NCBI GenBank assembly: GCA_043743995.1
Contig: JAYTVM010000219.1
Span: 7,094-71,093, forward strand
Reading direction: 5' to 3'
Source: Pirellula sp.
GTDB lineage: Bacteria > Planctomycetota > Planctomycetia > Pirellulales > Pirellulaceae
DNA: 64,000 nt
The notes below the pieces were generated by a model that was given only the letters and a program-made list of their open reading frames with translations, was not told the DNA's origin and searched no databases. The stretch's first letter is position 1. Each line of letters begins with the position of its first letter. Shown here piece by piece: positions 54,787 through 64,000 of the stretch. Position numbers and translations under genes: made by a program.

Positions 54787-56610
54787 CTAGTTGTAGAACT
54801 CTTTGATTGTAAATGGTTTGGTCAATTGCAAGACACTAGCCCCGACAATCTTACCCAACTCCAGCCCAGCCGCATTGTCGAACGCAAAGTGAATTCCGCC
54901 GTAGATTCGACTCATTCCAGCTTCATCGGCGACTTGGCTGAAGCTCGTGAATTGACGTGTGATGATTTTGTCGTCCGCAAGCGGCCGCTGTGATGGGGCG
55001 TTCTGCGGATCGATTGTGGTTGCGAATGCAATATTGTCACCGAGCAACGAAGTTAAGACCGTGGCGGCGGCCGCGCTGAATGTACTATGGCCGCTGACGT
55101 AGCTTGGGAAGGGTGGCGTCTTGAGGAGCGGCAGCCAATTGGTATCGGCAATTGTTCCCGCATTGCCATCCGTGTCGGCTTCGCGAATGGCGTCGATCGG
55201 GCGCCATAGATTAGTGCTGTACTTCGCATCCCAGGCAGCGATGCCTGCATCCGCCATCGCTAGATTGAGCAAGGCGAACATGCGGGCATTGTCGAGCAAA
55301 CTATGCGATGTCCGCATGCTGACTTCACTCGCGATCCGATTCCAATGTCCTGGCGGCGTGGCCGTTCCGCTACCATCGGCCCAGAACAATGCAATCTCCG
55401 TTTGCTCTGGTGTGCGTTCCGTACTCTGCAAACTGCCCAGTCGCATGACTTCATCAACTGCTGCTGCATACGCTGTACTGGTAAGTTCAGGTGGCGGGGC
55501 GGGCCGTAAATCGCTTAGTGAATCAAGAACGAAGGGCGTTACCGTGGGCCACTGGGGAAGTAATGGTGGCAAGTAGTCGGGATAGGTGCGGTTCCAATCC
55601 CCAGGAGAGCTGCCTGGGGTATAAGTTGCACTAGCCTGTGATCCGTCATTTGCACGCGCTGCAAGCATTGCTTGCCCAACGACTTTGCCAAAGGCAATTC
55701 CGAGATTTCTAGATTGCGAATCGGCGATAGTTGCTAGGCTCTCGGCCATAGTTGCATCCCAGATCAATCGCTCTTTGGCTCCAGAATAAAGCGATGATGC
55801 GACGGTGAAAGCAGCACTTGCGGCAGCAGCGATCCCCGATGCTCCTTGTGGTGCAGTTGGAAGGTTCGCATGATACGGCTTAAATCCACTCTCAATCGCG
55901 TTCAAGGCGTCAAACATTGCCGTTTGGATCATCGCAAGATTGCGAGCTGCCATTGGTGGTTGCGACGGTACGATGCGACCTTCGTAAGGATCATTGGATA
56001 TGGCTGACCAGGCTCGAATGACATTGAGTGCCGAAGCGTTCCAATCATGCGAGACATCTCCGCGTTCCACATGCAATTGCGAGTTGGCCATTCTGCCAAG
56101 TGGATCAATTGACTGGAGGAAAACAATTGACTTCCCCAAGCCAACAGGGAGTTCAATTTTATAATTGCCAAGTTCGTCGGCCAGAGCCGATCCGACGTTG
56201 GATCCTCCAACGCTTGCTGCTAAATTGCTGTTCGCGGTAGTAGTCCCTACAATCTTGATGGTCGGCGAAAGAACTACGCCATTGCCATCAAGATCGCTCT
56301 CAGACATACCAGTGGAAAGCCCGTGTGGCCCACCGAATCGATTGATTAGATTGATAACTACCAGGGCGTCCAGTGGAGTGATGGAACCGTCGTTGTTAAC
56401 GTCGACAGAATGCCGGACCTGAGCTGAATCCAATCTGATTTGACGAGTTCCGTATAGGTTCAAATCATTGATAACGATAAGTGCATCGAGTGGCTCGACC
56501 AAGCCTGAGCTATCTACATCACACGGCAAACTCGCATTGTGCCAATCGGACGCCATAAGATGGCGTGGTTCAAGGAACTGAATTCGTAGTATTCGAAGGA
56601 AGCCGTACAA
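54787..56610 (-). CDS. Secreted vanadium haloperoxidase/PAP2-family protein with LEPR-xLL motif, dockerin-like and Ig-like domains
   Basis: LEPRHLMA; DVDSSGLVEPLDAL and DVNNDGSITPLDAL; KYSTNLWRP, PSYVSGHS, SRIYGGIHF. Confidence 0.85.
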   Translation of the reverse strand: MYGFLRILRIQFLEPRHLMASDWHNASLPCDVDSSGLVEPLDALIVINDLNLYGTRQIRLDSAQVRHSVDVNNDGSITPLDALVVINLINRFGGPHGLSTGMSESDLDGNGVVLSPTIKIVGTTTANSNLAASVGGSNVGSALADELGNYKIELPVGLGKSIVFLQSIDPLGRMANSQLHVERGDVSHDWNASALNVIRAWSAISNDPYEGRIVPSQPPMAARNLAMIQTAMFDALNAIESGFKPYHANLPTAPQGASGIAAAASAAFTVASSLYSGAKERLIWDATMAESLATIADSQSRNLGIAFGKVVGQAMLAARANDGSQASATYTPGSSPGDWNRTYPDYLPPLLPQWPTVTPFVLDSLSDLRPAPPPELTSTAYAAAVDEVMRLGSLQSTERTPEQTEIALFWADGSGTATPPGHWNRIASEVSMRTSHSLLDNARMFALLNLAMADAGIAAWDAKYSTNLWRPIDAIREADTDGNAGTIADTNWLPLLKTPPFPSYVSGHSTFSAAAATVLTSLLGDNIAFATTIDPQNAPSQRPLADDKIITRQFTSFSQVADEAGMSRIYGGIHFAFDNAAGLELGKIVGASVLQLTKPFTIKEFYN

Positions 56611-56727
56611 GAAAAAGACCGCAAATGGTGAGGCGATGCTGGAGTGTTATTCGTTAGAATCTCATTTTCCCTTGCTCCACGGCAGAATGGAAGCCGATTA
56701 CTACGTAATTCCATACGAAAAACTGAT

Positions 56728-58110
56728 ATGAACCAGAAACCAACCGATGATCGCTTTCAGCGAATAGTAGCGGCACCCCAGGAGCGATTGGATACAGAGC
56801 TAAAGCCGTGGCTATCACTCAGGGATAATGCTCACGTTGCCAAAATCGCAAAAGGATGTTTGGCGATGCGAAACAACGGTGGCGGTTTCTTTGTTCTAGG
56901 ATTTGAAGATGACGGCAAGCAAAGCGGAAATCCACCTCCAGATCCTAGGTTGGCATACCCGATCGACGACATCCAGTCGATTGTTTCCAAGTACGCTTCT
57001 GAGCCCTTTGCGATCGAAATAGAGTTCCGGAGCGTAAATGGAATTGAACATCCCATTATTGTTGTGCCTCCAGGTGTGATCAGACCCGTTGCTGCAAAAT
57101 CAAGTCTACCTCACGCAGACTCAACAAAACCAATGCTAATCGAAGACCACGCCATCTACGTGAGATCGATTACATCGAACAACACCGTCTCAAGCAGCAA
57201 ATTACGCAAGCAAGACATCGAACGACTGATGTCTGTCTGTTTTGAAAACAGCGAAGCTGATATCGGCGCGTTCATTCGCCGACATCTCGTTGGGCTGGAC
57301 GTTGCCAATTTGTTGGGATTGTTTCAATCACATTCGACACCGAAGGTCGAACAAAGTGACGCATATTTAGAAGAGAGCCTTCAACGGCTGAAGACAGTGT
57401 TCGCAGACCGGAAAACATCATTTCCAAAGTTCGGATTCCTGGAAGCCTCGGCAGTCTTTGATGTCGAAGGCACTCCCCTCTCAGCCAATCAAGACACTTT
57501 GTTTCGCATGATGGCAAATCGCAGAAACTACAGCGGTTGGTCTCCTTGGACGATCATTCACAACCAGAAACTTAAGGACATGAATCCCTATCATTTTAAC
57601 GGGACTTGGGAGGCACTCATGCATACACCAGAGCCAGCAGACTTTGGAGGAATGTCGGATTATTGGCGTGCAGATCCCAGAGGCAAACTCTATTACTTTC
57701 GCGTCTTCGAAGAAGACCTTGGCTTTCGATCGCTTCCGGCATTGGAGTGCTTTGATTTTTATATTGCCATTTTCAGATTGACTGAAGTGCTCGCAAGCAT
57801 TCTGGAGTTGAGTCGCCTCTTCGCGAAAAACCAAGCCACAACAATCGAACTCACAGTTCGGTGGACTGGCCTCAGAAATCGATTGTTAGGTAGTTGGTCT
57901 AAACCGGAACGGCGACTTCGAGGCAATCATATGGCACAACAAGAGATTGCCATCAAGACTCTAACTTTTCCGAGCGATACGGGCATGAATACAGTCCCCG
58001 TACTTGTGAACCAGACGATTCAGTCGCTGTTCTTGGCCTTCGAAGGTCAAGAGTTCGAAAATCAAGTCATTGAGGGAATTGCGTCCGACGTACTAAACGG
58101 CCGAACATGA
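56728..58110 (+). CDS. AlbA_2 / Schlafen-like domain protein with unknown C-terminal domain
   Basis: QERLDTELKPW (ExxxxExK), AMRNNGGGFFVLGFEDDG. Confidence 0.8.
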   Translation: MNQKPTDDRFQRIVAAPQERLDTELKPWLSLRDNAHVAKIAKGCLAMRNNGGGFFVLGFEDDGKQSGNPPPDPRLAYPIDDIQSIVSKYASEPFAIEIEFRSVNGIEHPIIVVPPGVIRPVAAKSSLPHADSTKPMLIEDHAIYVRSITSNNTVSSSKLRKQDIERLMSVCFENSEADIGAFIRRHLVGLDVANLLGLFQSHSTPKVEQSDAYLEESLQRLKTVFADRKTSFPKFGFLEASAVFDVEGTPLSANQDTLFRMMANRRNYSGWSPWTIIHNQKLKDMNPYHFNGTWEALMHTPEPADFGGMSDYWRADPRGKLYYFRVFEEDLGFRSLPALECFDFYIAIFRLTEVLASILELSRLFAKNQATTIELTVRWTGLRNRLLGSWSKPERRLRGNHMAQQEIAIKTLTFPSDTGMNTVPVLVNQTIQSLFLAFEGQEFENQVIEGIASDVLNGRT

Positions 58111-58137
58111 TTAAACATCGAGTAATCTTTTTTCAGC

Positions 58138-59886
58138 CTAAATCCGCACGCCAAACAACCCGCCGGTCTCGCTCGCATCGTTCAATCGCACCGGATTCAA
58201 GAACCGCTCATGGTCAAACCCCTTCGAAAATTCAGCCACCGGCAACGCATCCGAATTCATCGTCACGATGTACTGAAAATCATGCTCAATCGATTGCTCA
58301 GCCCCAATCTCCAGCGCCTTCGCAATCTGCCTCGAATCCATCCCGTCGAACAGATGGCTATCGTGAATCAAGAACCCAGGCCCAAGCTTGCGCTTCGACC
58401 ATAGAATCGCCAGCATCATATCGAAGCAGAAAATCTGCATGTTGCGAATCCCGACGCTCCGGCCACCTTCAACGACCACTTTAAGCGTCAGGCCATTCTC
58501 CGTCGGATCAACTTGCAGACTCCCCTCGTGGTCGGAGATTCTTCGCGACAGATCCTCGAAGATAATGATCGCTTCACGGATCGCCTCATCGTGATGACGA
58601 AGATCCCGAAACAGTTCCTGCTGAATCCTAGCCCGTTCGATCGTCAGCTCCGTCTTCTTTTCCTCCACCTGCTCAGCCAATTCAAGCCGTTTACGCAGTT
58701 CCAGCACTTCCGCCTGCAACCGGCTCAATTCCGCTTGCAGCTTGAGCAACTGGTCCATCGCACCGTGCGAATGCAGCAGATTCATAATCTCACGCCGACG
58801 CTCATCCAGCTTGTCCATCTGTTTCCGTCGTTCGAGCAATCGCGAGCGAGAATCGTTGATCTCACCCTGCAATTGCGAACGCCGATTGCTGATCACCGCC
58901 TCATGAAACGCTTTCACATCTTCCAGCCGCTTGACCACCAACGATGGCAGCTCGATTTTCGCGCGCTCATACATTGCAACGATCAAATCCGAGGCTGGCT
59001 CGGCTTCTTCGTGAAGCTGATCATTGGTAGCCTTGATCCGTTCCTCATCCAGCGTATTCTCGTTAGCCAGCGACGAAATCTCACGAGCCAGGACCGACGC
59101 TTCCTGCTCCAATTCTCGATACTCAGGCAATACTTGAAACTGTTCCAGTTCCTTTTCCAATCGACGAGCCTTGCTATCCGCCACGGTCAATCGCGTCCGA
59201 AGTTCTGCCGAATTGCCCACCAAGCTCCCAAGCACCCCGGATTTCGCCTCCTTGCGAAGCATCTCCAGCGTTTTCTCCTTATCCCGCAACTGCTGCAGCG
59301 AGAGCGGCACCATCCAGTCCAGTCCCAGCAAGTGCGAAACATTGATCTGGATATCGTAAAGCTGCTGCATCTCCGCCTGTTTTTCAGCATGCTGGAATCC
59401 ACCTGAATTCTCGCGTCTCACGAAGTAAGAGAACATCGAACGAAACGAAGGCGAATAAGCCACCGTTTCATTCGGAACCTCAAACATCACATTCCCCAAG
59501 ACGTGATTCCATTGCTTGGCCGAGAACTTGGTCTCACCCGATTTCTTATCAAGCTCAGGCTGCAAAGGCCATCGATCCGAACTCGCATCCACCACGATGT
59601 CATTCTTCTTGCCCCCGGACCGAGTCACGTTGACTTTGGTATCGCCTACATCCAGAGTCAGCGAAAACGATTCCTTCACCAGCTTCTCACATCGAAAGAT
59701 GGAGTCCGGATCGGCATTCCCCCCGAGAACGAAATGAATCAGCTCGATCAAGCTCGACTTGCCGGTACTATTGCGAGTTTGCCGTTCCGTCGCACCGGGG
59801 CTTTTGTCCGCCAATAGCACATTCAGCCCCGGACCAAACCGGAGTTCCTTGAATGTCGCGAGCGAACTGGAAACCCTTTCAATCAT
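58138..59886 (-). CDS. lmuB: Lamassu LmuB / ABC-3C SMC-like ATPase (DUF2326)
   Basis: NSTGKSS Walker A, long coiled coil, GGRSVG signature, CFDMML, FLIHDSHLFDGMDSRQ, FQYIVTMN. Confidence 0.88.
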   Translation of the reverse strand: MIERVSSSLATFKELRFGPGLNVLLADKSPGATERQTRNSTGKSSLIELIHFVLGGNADPDSIFRCEKLVKESFSLTLDVGDTKVNVTRSGGKKNDIVVDASSDRWPLQPELDKKSGETKFSAKQWNHVLGNVMFEVPNETVAYSPSFRSMFSYFVRRENSGGFQHAEKQAEMQQLYDIQINVSHLLGLDWMVPLSLQQLRDKEKTLEMLRKEAKSGVLGSLVGNSAELRTRLTVADSKARRLEKELEQFQVLPEYRELEQEASVLAREISSLANENTLDEERIKATNDQLHEEAEPASDLIVAMYERAKIELPSLVVKRLEDVKAFHEAVISNRRSQLQGEINDSRSRLLERRKQMDKLDERRREIMNLLHSHGAMDQLLKLQAELSRLQAEVLELRKRLELAEQVEEKKTELTIERARIQQELFRDLRHHDEAIREAIIIFEDLSRRISDHEGSLQVDPTENGLTLKVVVEGGRSVGIRNMQIFCFDMMLAILWSKRKLGPGFLIHDSHLFDGMDSRQIAKALEIGAEQSIEHDFQYIVTMNSDALPVAEFSKGFDHERFLNPVRLNDASETGGLFGVRI

Positions 59887-60125
59887 CGGGCAACCTTTAA
59901 TTGCAGTCGACCCCGGTTCAGTTCCACCGCATCCATCGAGAATAGCAAGTCCAAGGAAAGCACGAACCAATCGAAGCTCAACTTCAAATCATTCTCGCCA
60001 CGACTCTTCTTTAAGTCCGACCAGACCCGAGAAACCGTCTTGGGTTGGTCCAGCAAAGCGATTACTTCAGCACCGACGCCAAGGAGCGTTCGTTGTGTTC
60101 GCATGTGTTTGGTTGGAAGGATCAT
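59883..60125 (-). CDS. lmuC: Lamassu LmuC / ABC-3C middle component
   Basis: MILPTKH...LLGVGAEVI...FDWFVLSLDLLF; ATGA overlap with lmuB. Confidence 0.85.
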   Translation of the reverse strand: MILPTKHMRTQRTLLGVGAEVIALLDQPKTVSRVWSDLKKSRGENDLKLSFDWFVLSLDLLFSMDAVELNRGRLQLKVAR

Positions 60126-60239
60126 GTTCGGATCATGGGTTCGAGTTGCATTCGATAGTCGCCTTTTGCACAGCAAAAGTAAACCAATTTTGCGGAACGA
60201 ACCGCGACCGGTTTTGCGACAATGACATTGTACGAAATC

Positions 60240-61148
60240 TCAGTTCGGTGCATTCTCGAAAATGTCGCAGCTATGGAAGTAGTAGGCAAGGATGGCCGAA
60301 ACGGCTGCTATTTGTAGCGGTTTGGTAAAATGTCCGCCTCCACTCGACTCCCACAAGGCATCCAAGATTCGATCAGGAGCCAAGCCCGACTCGCGAAGCG
60401 AACGGTGCCGCTCGCGAAACGCCTGAGCAATCTGTTCACCAATCTGAGGGTCCGGCAAGCCATCCAGATATTCAGCCACCAATCCGCTTCGACGATTTCC
60501 CGTTACAATGATCGTTCGGTGATCTTCGGACAGTTTGTTGAAATCCAACTTCCTGACGCTCGGTTTGGTAAGATCGGCAACCGCCGGAATCGGAGCCTTG
60601 GCCAAAAATTCGATAACTGGCACGAGTGCCGAAAACTCCAATCGATCCATCGAAGCAGCCGTCGGGCTCGTGAACCCAAATAGCGTCTCAAGCTTGTCGA
60701 GACTCAACTCCTTGATCACATCCCAAATCGCCTCAAAGCCCCATCGATGAACTTCGACACCAGGGTTCTCTTTTCGAAGAGCCGCAAGAGTCAAGGCAAC
60801 TTCGTGCGAAACATCCTGAGGATCGTTATGCACTAACACCCAGCCCTGCATCTCCTGGCCAAACTCTTTAAGCGTTGCTTTCGCTGTTTCGAAGTCCCCA
60901 CGAATCTTCGCCAGAGTTGCAGAGTCCGAACCTACCCTTGGCCCGTAGACTTGGTAGACGTTCGCCGTCGAGAGCCGATAGCCATCGATACCGCCATCAC
61001 CTTTCGAAATTCGGACATTGACGTAGTCTTGGACGAAAGCAGATGCCATCACTCGACCGAACCACCCTTGGAATTCGGTTGCACCAAACTTTAGGAAGTC
61101 GCGTTCAGCGACAACGCGGTAATGACTGAGCTGATAACGATCAAACAA
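60240..61148 (-). CDS. lmuA: Lamassu LmuA effector: restriction-endonuclease-like N-terminus + ABC-3C C-terminal domain
   Basis: GDGGIDGY...VYQVYGP nuclease-like motif; terminal YFHSCDIFE. Confidence 0.8.
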   Translation of the reverse strand: MFDRYQLSHYRVVAERDFLKFGATEFQGWFGRVMASAFVQDYVNVRISKGDGGIDGYRLSTANVYQVYGPRVGSDSATLAKIRGDFETAKATLKEFGQEMQGWVLVHNDPQDVSHEVALTLAALRKENPGVEVHRWGFEAIWDVIKELSLDKLETLFGFTSPTAASMDRLEFSALVPVIEFLAKAPIPAVADLTKPSVRKLDFNKLSEDHRTIIVTGNRRSGLVAEYLDGLPDPQIGEQIAQAFRERHRSLRESGLAPDRILDALWESSGGGHFTKPLQIAAVSAILAYYFHSCDIFENAPN

Positions 61149-61197
61149 CTTAGAACCTACACATCATTTTGGTTGGCGATTTCTAGTACCGATTGTA

Positions 61198-61653
61198 CTA
61201 GGACAAACTCAAAGTAAGAAACGTTGCGCCCGCGTACACGATAAGCATTCCAATTAGGTCCAACAGGCAAAACCACCTTTGCGAAGACTGCAAGTCTTCA
61301 ATTCTCATTCGTTGGAGAGTTTCAACGTACGATCCCCGAAATTCGGCAAATCCTATCCAAAACTTTGGAGTCACGTTCGCACTGCCGTCCAGAAGGTCAT
61401 CTAGCATGCGGGCTAAATCGCTCATCTGCAAAAATGAATCAATCGAAGAGGCAATTGTACGTCGCATCGTGTCTACCAGATCGGCATTGTACTCTCCGTT
61501 GACAAAATGATTGTGCAACTCAAAAGCGACTCTCACGCAACACCGCAAATGCAGAAGGTCATCACTTTCGAAGACTGAAGGGTTCTCCGATTGGAAAATT
61601 TCGACCGTCCTGGTTATTTCCTCATAATCGCACATAAAGTATGCAGCTTGCAT
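61198..61653 (-). CDS. Probable Rhs immunity protein
   Basis: 151 aa ORF starting 18 nt after the Rhs stop, same strand. Confidence 0.6.
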   Translation of the reverse strand: MQAAYFMCDYEEITRTVEIFQSENPSVFESDDLLHLRCCVRVAFELHNHFVNGEYNADLVDTMRRTIASSIDSFLQMSDLARMLDDLLDGSANVTPKFWIGFAEFRGSYVETLQRMRIEDLQSSQRWFCLLDLIGMLIVYAGATFLTLSLS

Positions 61654-61671
61654 TGTGATCCCGATGACTAG

Positions 61672-63996
61672 TTATGAACATGAATTGCAGTGTTTTGCAA
61701 CCTTTTCTTCTGCTTTTCTGACTCTGTTTTTCGCTTGTTCAATCGACTTGTCATGTCCAGGGTCATTTATTTCGCCTCGTTCAATACCCTCTTGTCTTTC
61801 GCGTATTCGATTTGCCAATTTGACTTGTGCGGCAGTAAGCTCAAGTTGGGCCTTTAAGCAATCGACGACTCCGAGGCCGCTCCAGTCAGAGAATCGAATC
61901 GGACTATTGGACACGTAAGTGTATATGTTCCATGACCCTCCTTCAAACCCAATCGGATCTTCGCCGATAAATCGGCCTGTGCCGGGATCGTAGTAACGTG
62001 CTCGGTAGTAATAGAGCCCTGTTTCTTGTTCTGCCTCCCTTCCTGTGAACTGGTAGCGGGTTAGCGGAGCACTGTCAACAATTGCTTTCCCGAAGGCATC
62101 ATAGTCGATGCTTTGCAGCAACACGCCTTGCGACGAGACGATGGCCCGCGTGCTGCCGAGATGATCTTGCAGCACCCACGATGTTTGCTGAGCTTTTTCA
62201 ATCGCAAGCAAGTTATCGATCCCTGGCCCACGAAGATATCGAACGGTCTGCTGCGAAGCTGCTGGTCCCGAACCATCCGGATCAACGAAGTCGAGGATGA
62301 CATCGTCGCCATCATAAACATACTGCTCAAGAGCCGCGTCCACCGCATCCAGCGGCGTCGTGTCCACCGACTTGGCAATCCGTCTGCCGAATGCATCGTA
62401 AGTGTACCGAACCACCTGCTGAAGCACGCCCACTGCGTTCTTTTCCGACACACTCATCAAGCGATTGCGATGGTCCCACTGAAACTCCCGCACATTCCCC
62501 GACGCGATCTCCGCACGCTTCGTCAAGTTGCCTTCATTGTCATAAACGTAGTTGTAAACCCCATCACTCAGCAACCGATTCCCCGGCCCAGTCTTGTAAC
62601 CCGTGCCATGTGCGTTTGATTGAACACGATTGCCATTGGCATCGAACTTGAACGTCTCATCGGTTCGCGTCGCGGCACTGTAATTGGCGGACGTTAACTG
62701 ATCGCGGACGTCATAACCGTAATCAATCGTCTGATTCTTTTCAGCAATTTGCGTGATGCGGCTTGCGGAATCATAGCCGAACCCAAACGAAGCGTAGGCC
62801 GTCCCCGAATCGCTCTTGTGGTCAATTAGGCTTAGGCGGTTCTGTTGGTCGAATGCGTAAGTTGTTGTGACAATGCTTTGCATGTTCGTCAAATCGCTAA
62901 AACGCTTCAAAGCAGTGGTCTGGCCGAGTGAATTGTAGTCGTAGTCGACTCGTTTGGTTTGAACTGTGGTCCCGGACTGGCTGATTCGTTTGACTCGATT
63001 GAGAGCATCGAAGTCATTAACGTTCGTGGCCGCATGTTGGCCATTGATCGCATCGGTAACTGACGTGACGTTTCCAACAGCGTCATAGGAGTATGAGAGA
63101 GCGACGCGAGGAAAGTTCGGCGTCCCGACGTTGTCAGTCGTCTTCACTCGATCAAGCGAATCATAACTGAAAGTCAATGCACTAAATGAGTCGCGAGCTG
63201 AGAGCATATTATCCGCTGAATCATATGTGTAATTGATCGTGTTGCTTCCACCAACCCAGTTCTCCTTCGTCAATCGATCTCGATCATCATACGAGAACTG
63301 AGTCATGCGTGCGTTTCGATCGACCTTCTCGGTCAAATTATTCGCTCCGTCATAAGCGTAGCGAATCGCTTTGCCCAAGGGGTCGGTCTCTTGCGTCTGC
63401 CTATCGCGAGCATCGAATGCAAACTGAGTTACGTTCCCAACCGGATCAGTCAGCTTGACCATGTTGTTGTCGAAGTCATACCCGAAGCGCGTTCGGCCTC
63501 CTTCCGGATCAATTGACTCAATGCGGCGATTGCGAGCATCATAGCGATACTGAGTCTGCTTATTCAACGGATCGGTGATGTTGGTCGTGTTACCAGCGGC
63601 ATCGTAGCTGAACTTCGTCATCGGTGCTGCCAATGGTCCAGTTCCATCTGGATCTGGACCAACCGTTTCAATCAAGCGTCTTCGCGCATCGTAGCGATTC
63701 GCAGTTTTGTGCTGAAGTGCGTCCGTCAGCTCGACCAAGTTGCCATCTTTGTCGTAACTGAACAGTGTAATTGGCGACGTAAGCGGCCCGGCTCCATCTG
63801 GGTCTGCTTCCGTTGTCTTGATCGGTCGATTCATCAAATCAAATTGGTATTCGGTTCGGTTGCCGTTGGCGTCGATCATGACCGTCATGTTGCCAGCGGC
63901 GTTATACTCGTATTGAGTGATGGCTTGATCTGCTGTCCCTTTGGCACGGGTCATTCTCGTCACCCGACCAAATAGGTCATAATCTATGTCAGTCAC
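61672..63996 (-). CDS. Rhs/YD-repeat protein, 3' part with core and toxin tip (5' end outside window)
   Basis: YD repeats, DPDGxGPL units, YYRARYYDPGTGRFIGEDPIG, SPIRFSDWSGL cleavage motif, 66 aa tip. Confidence 0.95.
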   Translation of the reverse strand: MTDIDYDLFGRVTRMTRAKGTADQAITQYEYNAAGNMTVMIDANGNRTEYQFDLMNRPIKTTEADPDGAGPLTSPITLFSYDKDGNLVELTDALQHKTANRYDARRRLIETVGPDPDGTGPLAAPMTKFSYDAAGNTTNITDPLNKQTQYRYDARNRRIESIDPEGGRTRFGYDFDNNMVKLTDPVGNVTQFAFDARDRQTQETDPLGKAIRYAYDGANNLTEKVDRNARMTQFSYDDRDRLTKENWVGGSNTINYTYDSADNMLSARDSFSALTFSYDSLDRVKTTDNVGTPNFPRVALSYSYDAVGNVTSVTDAINGQHAATNVNDFDALNRVKRISQSGTTVQTKRVDYDYNSLGQTTALKRFSDLTNMQSIVTTTYAFDQQNRLSLIDHKSDSGTAYASFGFGYDSASRITQIAEKNQTIDYGYDVRDQLTSANYSAATRTDETFKFDANGNRVQSNAHGTGYKTGPGNRLLSDGVYNYVYDNEGNLTKRAEIASGNVREFQWDHRNRLMSVSEKNAVGVLQQVVRYTYDAFGRRIAKSVDTTPLDAVDAALEQYVYDGDDVILDFVDPDGSGPAASQQTVRYLRGPGIDNLLAIEKAQQTSWVLQDHLGSTRAIVSSQGVLLQSIDYDAFGKAIVDSAPLTRYQFTGREAEQETGLYYYRARYYDPGTGRFIGEDPIGFEGGSWNIYTYVSNSPIRFSDWSGLGVVDCLKAQLELTAAQVKLANRIRERQEGIERGEINDPGHDKSIEQAKNRVRKAEEKVAKHCNSCS

Positions 63997-64000
63997 CCGA

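Noticed and set aside
58513-59406. 297 aa plus-strand ORF
   Set aside because: Antisense shadow of the lmuB coiled coil; no motifs.
35849-64000. attR duplicate of the tRNA-Pro 3' end
   Set aside because: No second copy of GGTTCGAATCCCGCCGGCCCG was found by eye, so the island's right end is not called; 54.7-64 kb may be a separate variable locus.

Overview
Bacterial chromosomal window, almost certainly from a planctomycete (Pirellulaceae-like), judged from paired arylsulfatases, a DUF1501 + PSD1/planctomycete cytochrome c pair, a LEPR-xLL/dockerin-type secreted protein and many intergenic palindromes. Positions 1-35.5 kb are mostly core and metabolic genes: BlaR1/M56 peptidase, sucB, WecB/TagA, sulfatases, SDR-rnhA, fabZ, dcd, MFS, a phosphatase and tex. 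This part also holds a decaying integron-type cassette array without an integrase (attC sites at 14.5-16.9 kb) and several REP/MITE-like families. From tRNA-Pro(GGG) at 35774-35848 an integrated element runs to the right. Its minus-strand backbone is integrase, AlpA-like excisionase, VirD4-like coupling protein, ParB and a MOBF relaxase-helicase, with no mating-pore genes in the window, so it is a likely integrative mobilizable element. Its cargo is unusual: three tandem YbjN/CesT-like genes, DUF1232, and a HEAT-repeat protein with a C-terminal LysR-type HTH. Next is a 3.2 kb HipBST-like TA + second tyrosine recombinase module bounded by two ~75 bp direct repeats that share a covarying three-way-junction fold. 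After it come a FitAB/VapBC TA, a secreted vanadium haloperoxidase-type protein, a Schlafen/AlbA_2 gene, a three-gene Lamassu (ABC-3C) defence operon, and the 3' part of an Rhs toxin with its immunity gene. All assignments come from motif recognition by eye; no searches were run. The right end of the island is not visible.
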